A stretch of DNA of 64,000 nucleotides. Source: an uncultured Gemmatimonadales bacterium. GTDB taxonomy: Bacteria > Gemmatimonadota > Gemmatimonadetes > Longimicrobiales > RSA9. Made by a program: the position numbers and the translations under genes. The stretch spans positions 1 to 64,000 of the forward strand of contig CAWAMW010000006.1 in assembly GCA_963783305.1 (NCBI GenBank), read 5' to 3'. The notes under the pieces were generated by a model. The model ran no database searches. It worked only from the letters and a program-made list of their open reading frames with translations, and was not told the origin of the DNA. Position 1 is the stretch's first letter. Each line of letters opens with the position of its first letter. Below, one piece after another: positions 29,160 through 38,073 of this stretch.

Positions 29160-31324
29160 GAGCCCGTCCCGTTGGCACCCCACTCCTCGTCGTCGGGCTG
29201 ACGCTCGTGGCTCCCGCGCCCGGATCGGGTCAGAACGTCGAGGCGGAACAGGCAAGCGCCTACGGCGCAGCCCGGGCCGCCACCGCCCGGGCCATGGAGA
29301 TCCTCGAGAGCCGCGGCCTCGAGGCGGCGATTCCGGAGCTCTGGTTCGCCCGCGCCGAATGCCCGGAGGGCGATTACGGCGTGGCTTGTCGTCGCATCAC
29401 GACCTACGCCCTCGGCTACGCCCACCAGACGGCAGCCGCGAGCCGGCCCGCCGAGCGGGAGAAGTTGCTCCGCGACGCCATCGCGTACTTCGAGGACGTT
29501 CGGGCCGAGAACCCGGGCTTCGAGCCCGCCGGGCACGCCCTGGCCCTCGCCTACCGCCAGCTGGGATCCGCCACCAAGGAGGCGGGGATGTTCGCCGCAC
29601 CGGGCGTGGTCGACACGTTGGCGATCGCGCTCGCCGGTGTCCGCGAGGACTCCCTGACACGCGAGCTGACCCGCCTCGCCGATGCCGACTCCACTGGACG
29701 CTACGCGCTCCTCCTCGGCGACCACCTCCGCGACCGGCAGGCGTGGACCCGGGCCCGCAATGCGTACCTCCGGGCCAGCGCCCTCGACCCGGCAGCCATG
29801 GAGCCCCGCCAGAAGCTGCTGACGCTGTACCGGAGGGGACGGCTGCCCATCGAGGAGCTGGCGCCCCGGCTCGCTCAGTGGGAGCTGCGCTCCCCCGAGC
29901 TGGCCGCGGAGGGCTACATCCTGTCCATGCGGGAGATCTATCCGACCGACCCCGGGCGCGCCGCCGAGGCGCTCCCGCGCTGGCTCGAGACCCAACGCAG
30001 CCTCGACCTGCTCGGGCCCGGGCTGGTGGAGCAGGTGCCCGAGGACTGGGGCGCCCGCCCCTTCGCCGGACTGCGCGCGTTCCTCCTGGACCCCGTGGGA
30101 TCGGAAATCCCGGCATGGTGGCTCGAGACGGAGCCGCGCCGGGAGTCCCTGGCGCGGCTCGCCCGCGGCCTCGGCGAGTGGCGCGTCGCGGACGGGGCGT
30201 CCCTTGAAGCGATCCAGGTCTGGCAGAGAGGTCGAGACATCGCGCCCCCGGGCTCACCCGCGTGGATCGATCTGACCGCCGACCTGGCCCGGATCCTGGA
30301 CCAGTCCCCCGAGCTCGACCCCGACGGGCGGCAGTTCGCTCTCCTCGAGCGAGAGCTCTTCGATAACAAGGGCGGCGCCATCATCAGCCGGGATTACGCC
30401 GCGATGAGGCGGTTCCACGCCACCCTCGGGACCATCTACGCCCGTCGCGGCCAGTGGGGCAGCAGTGGCGGGGCCCGAGGCGCCATCTTCCAGCTCAGCC
30501 ACGCCATAGAGGCGGCCGGGGCCAGGGAGCGGGAGACCGGCATCCACGAGCCGCTGCCGGAGCTCCGCCGGCTGCTCGCCGAGGCCTTCCGGGCCACGGA
30601 CCAGGACCGGCGCGCCGCCACCGCCTATCTCCAGGCCGCCCAGGACCACCTGGAGGTCGGGGGGCTGGACGCCGCTCGCGAGCTGCTCTCCAACGGCACG
30701 CGCCTCGGAAGCGATTCGGAGATCGCTGCTCGCGCGGGTCGCCTCACCCGCTGGCTGGAGTGGCGGGAGCAGGTGAACCGCGCTGTCACCAGCCGGGAGG
30801 GGTGCTCCGCGGCTCTCCTCGACGCGGTCGTCGCGGACCGCCGCGAGTTCATGGGCACCGACGACGACGTGGCCACGCGCGAGCGCTTCCGCGTCCTCAC
30901 CGCCTGCGGCTCGCTCGGAGGGCGCGCGGCGAGCGCCCTCCACGCCGCCGCGCTGGACGAGCTGCTCGGCGACCCGGTGCCGCTGGTCGGCATCGCGGAC
31001 CTCACCCGACTGGAGGACGCCGTCGCGGCCGTCTACCGCGCCTTCGGGCAGCGCCCCCCGCCGCTGGACGTCTCCGCCAGCCCGGGTGCCGGCGGCGCCG
31101 TAGTTCCGCTGTTCCTGGACGGGCGCGGGCTCTTCATCGCCACGGGTCCCGCACCGCTCACCGCCGCCCGGGTCGTCCGGGCGCTTCGGCCCGCGGACAA
31201 CCGGCTCCGCCTCCACATCGACGGCCGGGACGTCCGGATCCTCGATCCCGGGGCGCTGGGCCGGGAGGAGGTCACCCGGCGACTGCGGGCGGTGGTCGGC
31301 GTCGGGACGGTCTCGGGCTCATGA
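29156..31324 (+). CDS. Secreted TPR-like helical protein
   Basis: Signal peptide; repeated helical pairs (AIAYFEDV..LALAYRQLG; LGDHL..ARNAY.RA..LDP). Confidence 0.75.
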   Translation: MRARPVGTPLLVVGLTLVAPAPGSGQNVEAEQASAYGAARAATARAMEILESRGLEAAIPELWFARAECPEGDYGVACRRITTYALGYAHQTAAASRPAEREKLLRDAIAYFEDVRAENPGFEPAGHALALAYRQLGSATKEAGMFAAPGVVDTLAIALAGVREDSLTRELTRLADADSTGRYALLLGDHLRDRQAWTRARNAYLRASALDPAAMEPRQKLLTLYRRGRLPIEELAPRLAQWELRSPELAAEGYILSMREIYPTDPGRAAEALPRWLETQRSLDLLGPGLVEQVPEDWGARPFAGLRAFLLDPVGSEIPAWWLETEPRRESLARLARGLGEWRVADGASLEAIQVWQRGRDIAPPGSPAWIDLTADLARILDQSPELDPDGRQFALLERELFDNKGGAIISRDYAAMRRFHATLGTIYARRGQWGSSGGARGAIFQLSHAIEAAGARERETGIHEPLPELRRLLAEAFRATDQDRRAATAYLQAAQDHLEVGGLDAARELLSNGTRLGSDSEIAARAGRLTRWLEWREQVNRAVTSREGCSAALLDAVVADRREFMGTDDDVATRERFRVLTACGSLGGRAASALHAAALDELLGDPVPLVGIADLTRLEDAVAAVYRAFGQRPPPLDVSASPGAGGAVVPLFLDGRGLFIATGPAPLTAARVVRALRPADNRLRLHIDGRDVRILDPGALGREEVTRRLRAVVGVGTVSGS

Positions 31325-31554
31325 GGCCGGCGACGCCAACGAGCCCCGTGCCAGCGCCCGGATCACGACAGGCACGTCCGGCGACTCCCTGACCCGGGCC
31401 ACCAGGAGTGCGGCCGGGAGCGGGTAGCTGGGGCGGAGGATCCGCTGTCCGAGGGCTGCGACGACGGTGTCGAGACGGCGGATGGCTTCCTCCTGCCAGG
31501 TACCGTCCAGGGTCGTGAGCTCCGTCATCCGGAACCCCCACTCCTCGTCCGCCA

Positions 31555-32727
31555 CTACTCTTCGGAATCGAAGACCACCTCGCGGTAGCGCGACGGCCTT
31601 CGCCGCTGGACGAGGACGGCGAAGACGAGGTATCCAACGGCCAGGACCCAGAGTGCCCCCCACTCGGCGCGGACCTGGTGGAACCCGGCGCCCATCTGGT
31701 TGAGGCGGAGGAACCCGGTGATCCCGGGGGTGCTGGGGAGCAGCGCCGCCATGGCATTGATCCAGGCGGGCATGGCCTCGGGCGGCCAGGAGAACCCGGA
31801 GATGAAGACGGCGGGCAGGGAGGTGAAGAGGAGCACCTGGAGGGCGGTCTCCCGGGCCTGGAACAGGGCGGCTACGCCCAGGCCGAGGAAGACCACGGCG
31901 AGGAGGAACGGGAGGAGGAAGATCACGGACGTGATGGGGTCGCCCTGACGGGGAAATCCGAAGACCCGGTAGACGACCGTGAGGTAGAAGAGGGCGTGCG
32001 CCAGGTAGAGAGGCACGTAGACGGCGGCCTTGCCGAGGACCAGCCCCAGGGGCGTGGTTTCCAGGAGGTCCAGTTCGTCGACCCCCCATTCCCGGACGGT
32101 TCCGGCCCGGAGCCCGATCCCGATGAGGAGCGTCTGCTGGAGCACCAGCACCAGCACGGCGGGGACGACGTAGGTGCCGTACCCCCCCGCCGGGTTGTAG
32201 AGCGGAGCCAGCTCCAGGGGCATGGGTATGGCACGGTGCAGCGCAGTGCCCCGGGGGACGCCCCCGGCCTCCATCCGGCGCACCTCGATCCCGGCCGACA
32301 GGGTGCCCGTGGTTCGGGCCAGCGCCGCGGCGACCCGGCTGTAGAGGAGGAAGTAGCCGGCATCGCCGAACGCGCCCACCCCCACGGCCTCGCCGCGCAG
32401 GACGTCGGACTCGAAGTTCACCGGGATCACCAGCGCGCCGTGGGCCCGTCCGCTTCGCACCCGGCGCGCCGCGGCGTCCCGGTCCGGGACCACGGCCTCG
32501 ATCCGTACGGCCTCGGTGGCATCGACCATCCGTATCAGGCGACGGCTCAACGCCGAGCCATCGGGGTCCACCACCACCACGGGGACGTCCCGGACCACCT
32601 GGTGGAAGTAGGGGAGGGGGTAGAAGAAGGCGTACCCGAGGGCGCCGAGGACCAGGATCATGAGGGCGCCCCGGTCGGCCAGGAGCGTGCGGGCCTCGTG
32701 ACGCGCCACGCGGAGGACGGCCGCCAT
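31555..32727 (-). CDS. ABC-2 type permease
   Basis: VVVD.D.S.LSRRLIR..DAT, LYNP..GY..YVVP, FISGFSWP.EAMP. Confidence 0.85.
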   Translation of the reverse strand: MAAVLRVARHEARTLLADRGALMILVLGALGYAFFYPLPYFHQVVRDVPVVVVDPDGSALSRRLIRMVDATEAVRIEAVVPDRDAAARRVRSGRAHGALVIPVNFESDVLRGEAVGVGAFGDAGYFLLYSRVAAALARTTGTLSAGIEVRRMEAGGVPRGTALHRAIPMPLELAPLYNPAGGYGTYVVPAVLVLVLQQTLLIGIGLRAGTVREWGVDELDLLETTPLGLVLGKAAVYVPLYLAHALFYLTVVYRVFGFPRQGDPITSVIFLLPFLLAVVFLGLGVAALFQARETALQVLLFTSLPAVFISGFSWPPEAMPAWINAMAALLPSTPGITGFLRLNQMGAGFHQVRAEWGALWVLAVGYLVFAVLVQRRRPSRYREVVFDSEE

Positions 32728-32753
32728 GCGCCAGCGGGCTATCCCGCCGCCCC

Positions 32754-33983
32754 TCACCCCCGCCCCCAGTAGTCGGGCTCCCGCAACAGCCGTCCGAAGC
32801 GCGCCATGGAGAGGGCGGGCAGTACCGCTGCGAGAGCGAGCAGTGCCGCCATCGGTGCGAGCGCGGTCCGCGGCGGCGCGCCCACAACGAGCTGCCCCGT
32901 CTGGACGCGGAGGTAATGGGTGAGGGGGAGCGCCGCAGACCACACCCGGGCGACAGCCGGCATGCCGGACAGCGGGAACGTGATGCCGGAGAACGCGAAC
33001 GCCGGGACCGCCAGCAGGCTTGCGAGACTGGTGGAGAGGCGGAGGTTGGCCGTCCACCCCACCAGCACCAGCGCCACGCCGAGGACGGCCAGGACCATGA
33101 GCACCAGCGCGCCCGCCAGCAGCGACGCGCTCCCCCGGATCGGCATCCCCAGGGCGTGGTACGTGGCGGCGCTGAGCCCGATGCCGAGCGCGGCGTACCA
33201 CGCGGCGTACGGCGCCAGCTTGCCCACGAGGGCCGGCCCCACGCGCCCATCGGCGGCCTCGAGCCAGGAATGGGCGCTGCTCTGCCGGAGCTCGCTGCCC
33301 AGGGCGTGGATGACCAGGAGCAGGGCGAAGATCTGGAGGAGTGCGGGGACCAGGGCGGTCACCAGGAACGCGGCGTAGTCCAGCTCTGGATTGAAGAGGG
33401 GGTGGGCCTCGATGCGAATCGGGTCGGTGGCCGGCTGGGCCCGCGCTCCCCCCAGGGCCAGCCGGGACCGGACTTCCAGCTCAGCGGACGCTGCACCGAC
33501 CGTTGCAGACAGTGCCCGGGCGATGAGCTTCCCCGGCAGCAGCCACTGTGCGTTGTAGTACCCGACGACCGGCGGGCCCTGTCCCCGGTTGGCGTCCCTT
33601 TCGAGGCCCGCGGGCAGCACCACGACCGCGTACACGTCCCCCTCCAGCATGTGCGCTTCTCCGTCGGCCGGGGTGGACGGGGTCGCCGCCACGCGCATGA
33701 CGCTGGTGGCGTCCATGGACCGGGTCAGCCGCCGCGACAGGTGCGTTCGGTCCAGATCCACCACGGCCACAGGCAGGTCCTGGGGCGTCCGGGACCCGAA
33801 CGCGCTCATGAGGACTCCCCACGCGGCCAGCGGCAACACCAGGAGGAGCAGGGGATAGAGCGGGCGCGAGCCCATGCGCGCCAGCTCCCGCCGGACCACG
33901 CGTCCGGTGCCGGGCCGCCATGCCTCGAACCCTCCGCGCGAGCCGGCATCGAGCCGGGCCTCCCGCCAGTCCCGGGTTGACAC
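32754..33983 (-). CDS. ABC-2 type permease
   Basis: LPVAVVDLD...SRRL.R..DAT, LFNP.LDY..FL, FAFSGITFP..MP. Confidence 0.85.
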   Translation of the reverse strand: MSTRDWREARLDAGSRGGFEAWRPGTGRVVRRELARMGSRPLYPLLLLVLPLAAWGVLMSAFGSRTPQDLPVAVVDLDRTHLSRRLTRSMDATSVMRVAATPSTPADGEAHMLEGDVYAVVVLPAGLERDANRGQGPPVVGYYNAQWLLPGKLIARALSATVGAASAELEVRSRLALGGARAQPATDPIRIEAHPLFNPELDYAAFLVTALVPALLQIFALLLVIHALGSELRQSSAHSWLEAADGRVGPALVGKLAPYAAWYAALGIGLSAATYHALGMPIRGSASLLAGALVLMVLAVLGVALVLVGWTANLRLSTSLASLLAVPAFAFSGITFPLSGMPAVARVWSAALPLTHYLRVQTGQLVVGAPPRTALAPMAALLALAAVLPALSMARFGRLLREPDYWGRG

Positions 33984-33986
33984 CGG

Positions 33987-35003
33987 CTACCGGTCCTCGA
34001 CCCCATGGGCGGCGATCAGGACGCTCATCCCCGGCCGGAGTCCCGCCATCGGGTGGATCGGACGCGCCCGCACCTCGAAGGTGCGGAGGTCGAAGCCGCC
34101 CGATCCACGCGTCGAGCGCCAGGTGGCGAAATCGCCCATGGCGGCGATGTAGGACACTTCGAGATCCACCGCCCCGCCGCCGAGCGCCGGCACGGTGCCA
34201 CGCATCGTCTCGCCCATCCGTACGCCGGCGAGCCGGTCCTCGCGCAGGTGGAACGTGACCCACGCGTCCGACAGGTCGATCACCGCCACCACGGGCATTC
34301 CGGGGCCCACCAGCTCGCCGGGCTCCACCACACGCTCCGTCACCTCGCCCGCCAATGGAGAGACCAGCCTCATCTCATCCAGGTAGGCCTGCACTTCCGC
34401 TCGGCCGCCCTCCGCCTGACGGACCAGCGCGCCGGCCGCCGCACGATCCTCGCGCCGCGCCCCGGCCCGCGCCATCTCGTACGCCGCGCCCGCCGCCTCC
34501 GCCGCCGACCGGCTCGTGGCCAGCCGGGTCTCCGCCTCATCCCGCTTCTGCGCCGGCAGCACACCCTCGTCATAGAGCGCCTGGACCCGGTCCAGTGTGG
34601 TGGCCGCCAGCCGGGCCGCCTCCCGCGCCCGCTCCCACTGGGCGCGCGCCGCCCGGACCTCCTCCGTTCGGGCGCCGCTCCGCGCCTTGGCTTCCTGCGC
34701 TCTCGCCGCATCCAGCGACGCGTCGGCCTGCGTGGCCTTCGCCTCGATCTCCGGGCTCCGGAGCACCGCCACTTCCTGGCCGGCCTCCACCCGGTCGCCC
34801 TCATGGACCAGCAGGGCGTCGATCCGGCCCGGCACCTTCGCCGATACCGTCACCTGCCGCGCCTCCACCTGACCCTGGATCGGCGCGGGCTCCCGCCGCG
34901 TCGCCCACCACGCCAGCCCCAGCACCGCCGCCAGCACGATCCCCAGCCCCAGCGCCACCGCACCGCGCACCATCTTCTCCCGCTTCTCCGTCCCGTCGCT
35001 CAT
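33987..35003 (-). CDS. HlyD-family periplasmic adaptor
   Basis: N-terminal TM, lipoyl half-motif (KVPGRI..L.V.EGD.V..GQ), coiled coil, GDFATWRST..FDLRTFEV. Confidence 0.9.
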   Translation of the reverse strand: MSDGTEKREKMVRGAVALGLGIVLAAVLGLAWWATRREPAPIQGQVEARQVTVSAKVPGRIDALLVHEGDRVEAGQEVAVLRSPEIEAKATQADASLDAARAQEAKARSGARTEEVRAARAQWERAREAARLAATTLDRVQALYDEGVLPAQKRDEAETRLATSRSAAEAAGAAYEMARAGARREDRAAAGALVRQAEGGRAEVQAYLDEMRLVSPLAGEVTERVVEPGELVGPGMPVVAVIDLSDAWVTFHLREDRLAGVRMGETMRGTVPALGGGAVDLEVSYIAAMGDFATWRSTRGSGGFDLRTFEVRARPIHPMAGLRPGMSVLIAAHGVEDR

Positions 35004-36583
35004 CGTCCCGCTTCCTCTCCGTACCGCTGCTCGGTCCCATCCCCCGGCGCAACAGACGCTGCGCCTGCCGGTTCGGCGGCCGTTCCGCCTGCCGTTTTGC
35101 CTGCCGTTTCGTCCGCGGTCGCGCCCATCAGTGCCGGGAGCCGATCCGTCTCGCCCGCCGCCGCCAGGAGCCGTACCAGCGCCACATCGGCGTCATAGAG
35201 CGCTTTCTGCCGCCCCAGCCGAACCCGCGAGAGCGCCGCCTCGGCGTCCACCACGTCCAGCGACGTGGCGAGTCCGGCGCCGAACGCCACCTCCTGCGCT
35301 CTGAGACTTTCCTCCGCCAGCTCACGCGTCGCGTCGAGCTCGATCAGCCGGTCCCGGGCCTCCTGCAGCTCCCGGTACCGACGCTCCACCAGCAGCGCCA
35401 CGTCCTGCCGACCCCGGGACACGCGCAGCCCGACCTCCTCGGCCCGCGCCCGGGCCGCACGTAGCCCCTGCCACCGCCGACCCCCCGCCAGCACTGGAAC
35501 CCGGACCGCCACGCCCACGGCCCAGGCGGGCTCCAGGATCGTCAGCTCGTCCGGCAGGAGCTCCCGCATCCCGAACAGGGCCACGCTCGGGAGGAGCTCT
35601 CCCCGGGCCGCCCGAACCCCGGCCTCGGCCTGCTGACGACCGGCCTCGGCCCGGGCGAGCGCCGGATTCGCCTCCTGCGCTCGGGCACGCCACTCCGCCA
35701 ACGAGCCCACCCCTTCTGGGAGGAAGAGAGGCGTGGACGCCGTGACCGGGCCGTCCACCGACAGCGTGCTGGCCAGCGCGGCACGCGCCAGCGACCGGTC
35801 GCGCTCCGCGGCCAGCAGCGCCCGCGATGCCTCGGCTGCCGCCACCTCGGCGCGCAACCGCTCCGCCCGCGCGACCTGGCCGTGGGTCTCCAGCAGGCGC
35901 GCCCGCTCCGCGTGCCCCGACAGGCTCCGCGCCGCCTCCGCCCGCGCCGCAACCGCCGCCTCCGCCAGCCGGAGCCCGAAATACCGCTCCGTCAGCTCCA
36001 CCGTCACCCCGTCCAGCGCCGACCGCCGCTCGGCTTCCGCGGCCCGGGTGGCCGCACCCGCCGCCCGGACACCCGCCACCCTGCGACCTCCGGTGAACAG
36101 CGGGACCGTGGCCTCCAGCGTCATCCGGTCGAATCGCTCACCCTGGATCTGCGCGACGAATGGCGGCACCGCTTCCGCCGGCACCCCCGGATGCAGCCCC
36201 ACCATCGCCCCTCGGATGGGCGCCAGATCCATTACCATCGGACCGTCCACCCGCGTGTGCCGCCCCGTTACCTCCACTTCGGGCAGGAACCGACCCCACG
36301 CCGCCAGCCGCTCCGCCTCCGCTCGACGCACCGCCGCACTCGCCGCACCCACCCGCTCGTGCTCACCCCGGACCCGCTCGAACGCCGACCGGAACGTCAC
36401 CGATGTCACCGACGGGACCGACGCGGGAACACCACGGACCGGCCCCGTGGACTGCGCGCCCACCGGCCGACCGAGTGCCAGGGCAGCAGCCAGCACCGTC
36501 AGCCACGCGACCCGGATCGCGCCACGCTCCCCCGGCAGCCCAGCGCCCTCGCCCCCACGTTCCCTCTCCCTCCTCCGCCCCAT
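35000..36583 (-). CDS. TolC-family outer membrane efflux protein
   Basis: PLFTGG, Y..L..A..., F.AGL.TSLDVVDAE; two OEP-like repeats. Confidence 0.85.
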   Translation of the reverse strand: MGRRRERERGGEGAGLPGERGAIRVAWLTVLAAALALGRPVGAQSTGPVRGVPASVPSVTSVTFRSAFERVRGEHERVGAASAAVRRAEAERLAAWGRFLPEVEVTGRHTRVDGPMVMDLAPIRGAMVGLHPGVPAEAVPPFVAQIQGERFDRMTLEATVPLFTGGRRVAGVRAAGAATRAAEAERRSALDGVTVELTERYFGLRLAEAAVAARAEAARSLSGHAERARLLETHGQVARAERLRAEVAAAEASRALLAAERDRSLARAALASTLSVDGPVTASTPLFLPEGVGSLAEWRARAQEANPALARAEAGRQQAEAGVRAARGELLPSVALFGMRELLPDELTILEPAWAVGVAVRVPVLAGGRRWQGLRAARARAEEVGLRVSRGRQDVALLVERRYRELQEARDRLIELDATRELAEESLRAQEVAFGAGLATSLDVVDAEAALSRVRLGRQKALYDADVALVRLLAAAGETDRLPALMGATADETAGKTAGGTAAEPAGAASVAPGDGTEQRYGEEAGR

Positions 36584-36604
36584 TCCGCTTCCTCCCCACC
36601 CGTT

Positions 36605-36626
36605 TTATTGAAGTACCACTCAACAA
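36605..36626. promoter_or_regulatory. Candidate TetR operator 1
   Basis: TTATTGAA-GTACC-ACTCAACAA, imperfect palindrome in the tolC/tetR divergent region; repeated at 37522. Confidence 0.6.
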
Positions 36627-36723
36627 TTAGTGGCGGGCGCTCCGACTGTCAATGGAGGGACCCGGTTGGCGGGGGGGGCGGGGAGACATAGCTTCAACGG
36701 GCACACCTTGACGGGAGAGGGAC

Positions 36724-37377
36724 ATGGCGGATGCTGACCAAGGATCAGGGGGGGCGGAGCCGCGCTGGCGGCGCCGGAAGGATGCGCGGCCGCAGGAGCT
36801 GACGGCGGCGGCGCTGGATCTGTTCGTCCGGCAGGGGTTCGCGGCCACGCGAGTGGAGGACATCGCGCGGCAGGCGGGGGTCACACAGGGCACGATCTAC
36901 GTGTACTTCGAGAGCAAGGAATCGTTGCTCAAGGAGGTGGTCTACGAGTCCATGGTGCCGGTCCTGGCCTACGCCAACCGCCGGCTGGAGGCGTACGAGG
37001 GGACGGCGCGCGGCCTCTTTCGGGAGCTGGTACACGGCTGGTGGGAGCGGGTCGGCGAGTCACGCTTCGCGGGCGTACCCAGGCTGATCGTGGCGGAAGC
37101 CTCCCAGTTTCCCGACCTGGCGGCCTTCTACATGGAAGAGGTGGTGGAGCGCAGCCGCGGCATCTTCGGCCGCGTCCTCACCATGGGCATCGACCGTGGC
37201 GAGTTCCGTCCCCTGGATGTCGCACACGCAGCCCGCCTCGCCATGGCGCCCCTCCAGCACGCCGCCATCCACCAGTACTCGCTCCAGCCCTTCGACCCCA
37301 CGCCCTACGACATCCAGGCGTACCTGGACCTCCACATCGAGATCTTCCTCGACGGCATAGCCGCCCCCAAGCCCTGA
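36724..37377 (+). CDS. TetR/AcrR-family regulator
   Basis: AALDLF...GFAATRVEDIA..AGVT.GTIY.YF.SKE.L. Confidence 0.95.
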   Translation: MADADQGSGGAEPRWRRRKDARPQELTAAALDLFVRQGFAATRVEDIARQAGVTQGTIYVYFESKESLLKEVVYESMVPVLAYANRRLEAYEGTARGLFRELVHGWWERVGESRFAGVPRLIVAEASQFPDLAAFYMEEVVERSRGIFGRVLTMGIDRGEFRPLDVAHAARLAMAPLQHAAIHQYSLQPFDPTPYDIQAYLDLHIEIFLDGIAAPKP

Positions 37378-37521
37378 CCGCCAAGCCCTGACCCCCAGCA
37401 GGCCTCCAGCCACGGCCCGCGCCCCCGCATACCGCCCCGTCCCGTACCACCCCGTACCGCTCCGCCCTGTCAGGCTCCCGCACTACCCATGGCTTGCCAC
37501 GATCCGACATCTGCGGTAGTG

Positions 37522-37543
37522 TTATTGAACAGTGACTCAACAA
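37522..37543. promoter_or_regulatory. Candidate TetR operator 2
   Basis: TTATTGAA-CAGTG-ACTCAACAA; both arms identical to 36605-36626. Confidence 0.6.
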
Positions 37544-37555
37544 AGTGAGGCATAG

Positions 37556-37987
37556 ATGCGTTCGCGAGTGGTGATGATGGTACTGATCATGGGAGCGGCA
37601 ACGACGACGGTGGCCACGGCTCAGGAGGTCGATGTACGGCCGACCGGCCCGGAGGCAGGGACCGCGGCGGCGGGGGTCGAGTCGCCGGTGAGTGGAACAG
37701 CGGTGCACGCGCCGGAGATCCCGACGTCCTGGCAGCGGATGGAGTCGCGCGGTGTGACCGTGGAAACCGACCTGGGGACGCGGCTGGGCGTGGAAGCGGA
37801 TTCGCGCGACCGGCTGGGCCACTGGCTGATGGTGGCGGGGGCGAGCCTGGTAGCGGCCGGTCTTGGGGACTACGTGGTGGGGAGTCCTGACATAGGTCTG
37901 AGCGCCCGGGGGATTGCGGCCTACGGCAGCGGACTGGTGCTGTTCAGCTACGGCGCGCTGCGGGCGCCGGTTCGTGGCTCGCCGTAA
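37556..37987 (+). CDS. Exported/membrane protein, unknown function
   Basis: GAGG RBS, signal peptide (ATA-QE), C-terminal hydrophobic hairpin. Confidence 0.6.
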   Translation: MRSRVVMMVLIMGAATTTVATAQEVDVRPTGPEAGTAAAGVESPVSGTAVHAPEIPTSWQRMESRGVTVETDLGTRLGVEADSRDRLGHWLMVAGASLVAAGLGDYVVGSPDIGLSARGIAAYGSGLVLFSYGALRAPVRGSP

Positions 37988-38073
37988 TCACGGATCGATA
38001 AGGCCGGGAGCCTCCGGGCTCCCGGCCCCCGGCATCCGCCACGGTGGGGGAGTGTCTCTCCCTCGCGGCGGCA

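Noticed and set aside
33987..36583. Strong C-rich skew on the + strand
   Set aside because: Explained by G-rich Ala/Arg/Gly/Glu codons of minus-strand genes
37367..37470. Short direct repeats (CCAAGCCCTGACC twice; CCCGTACC)
   Set aside because: Low-complexity C-rich intergenic sequence without spacer structure
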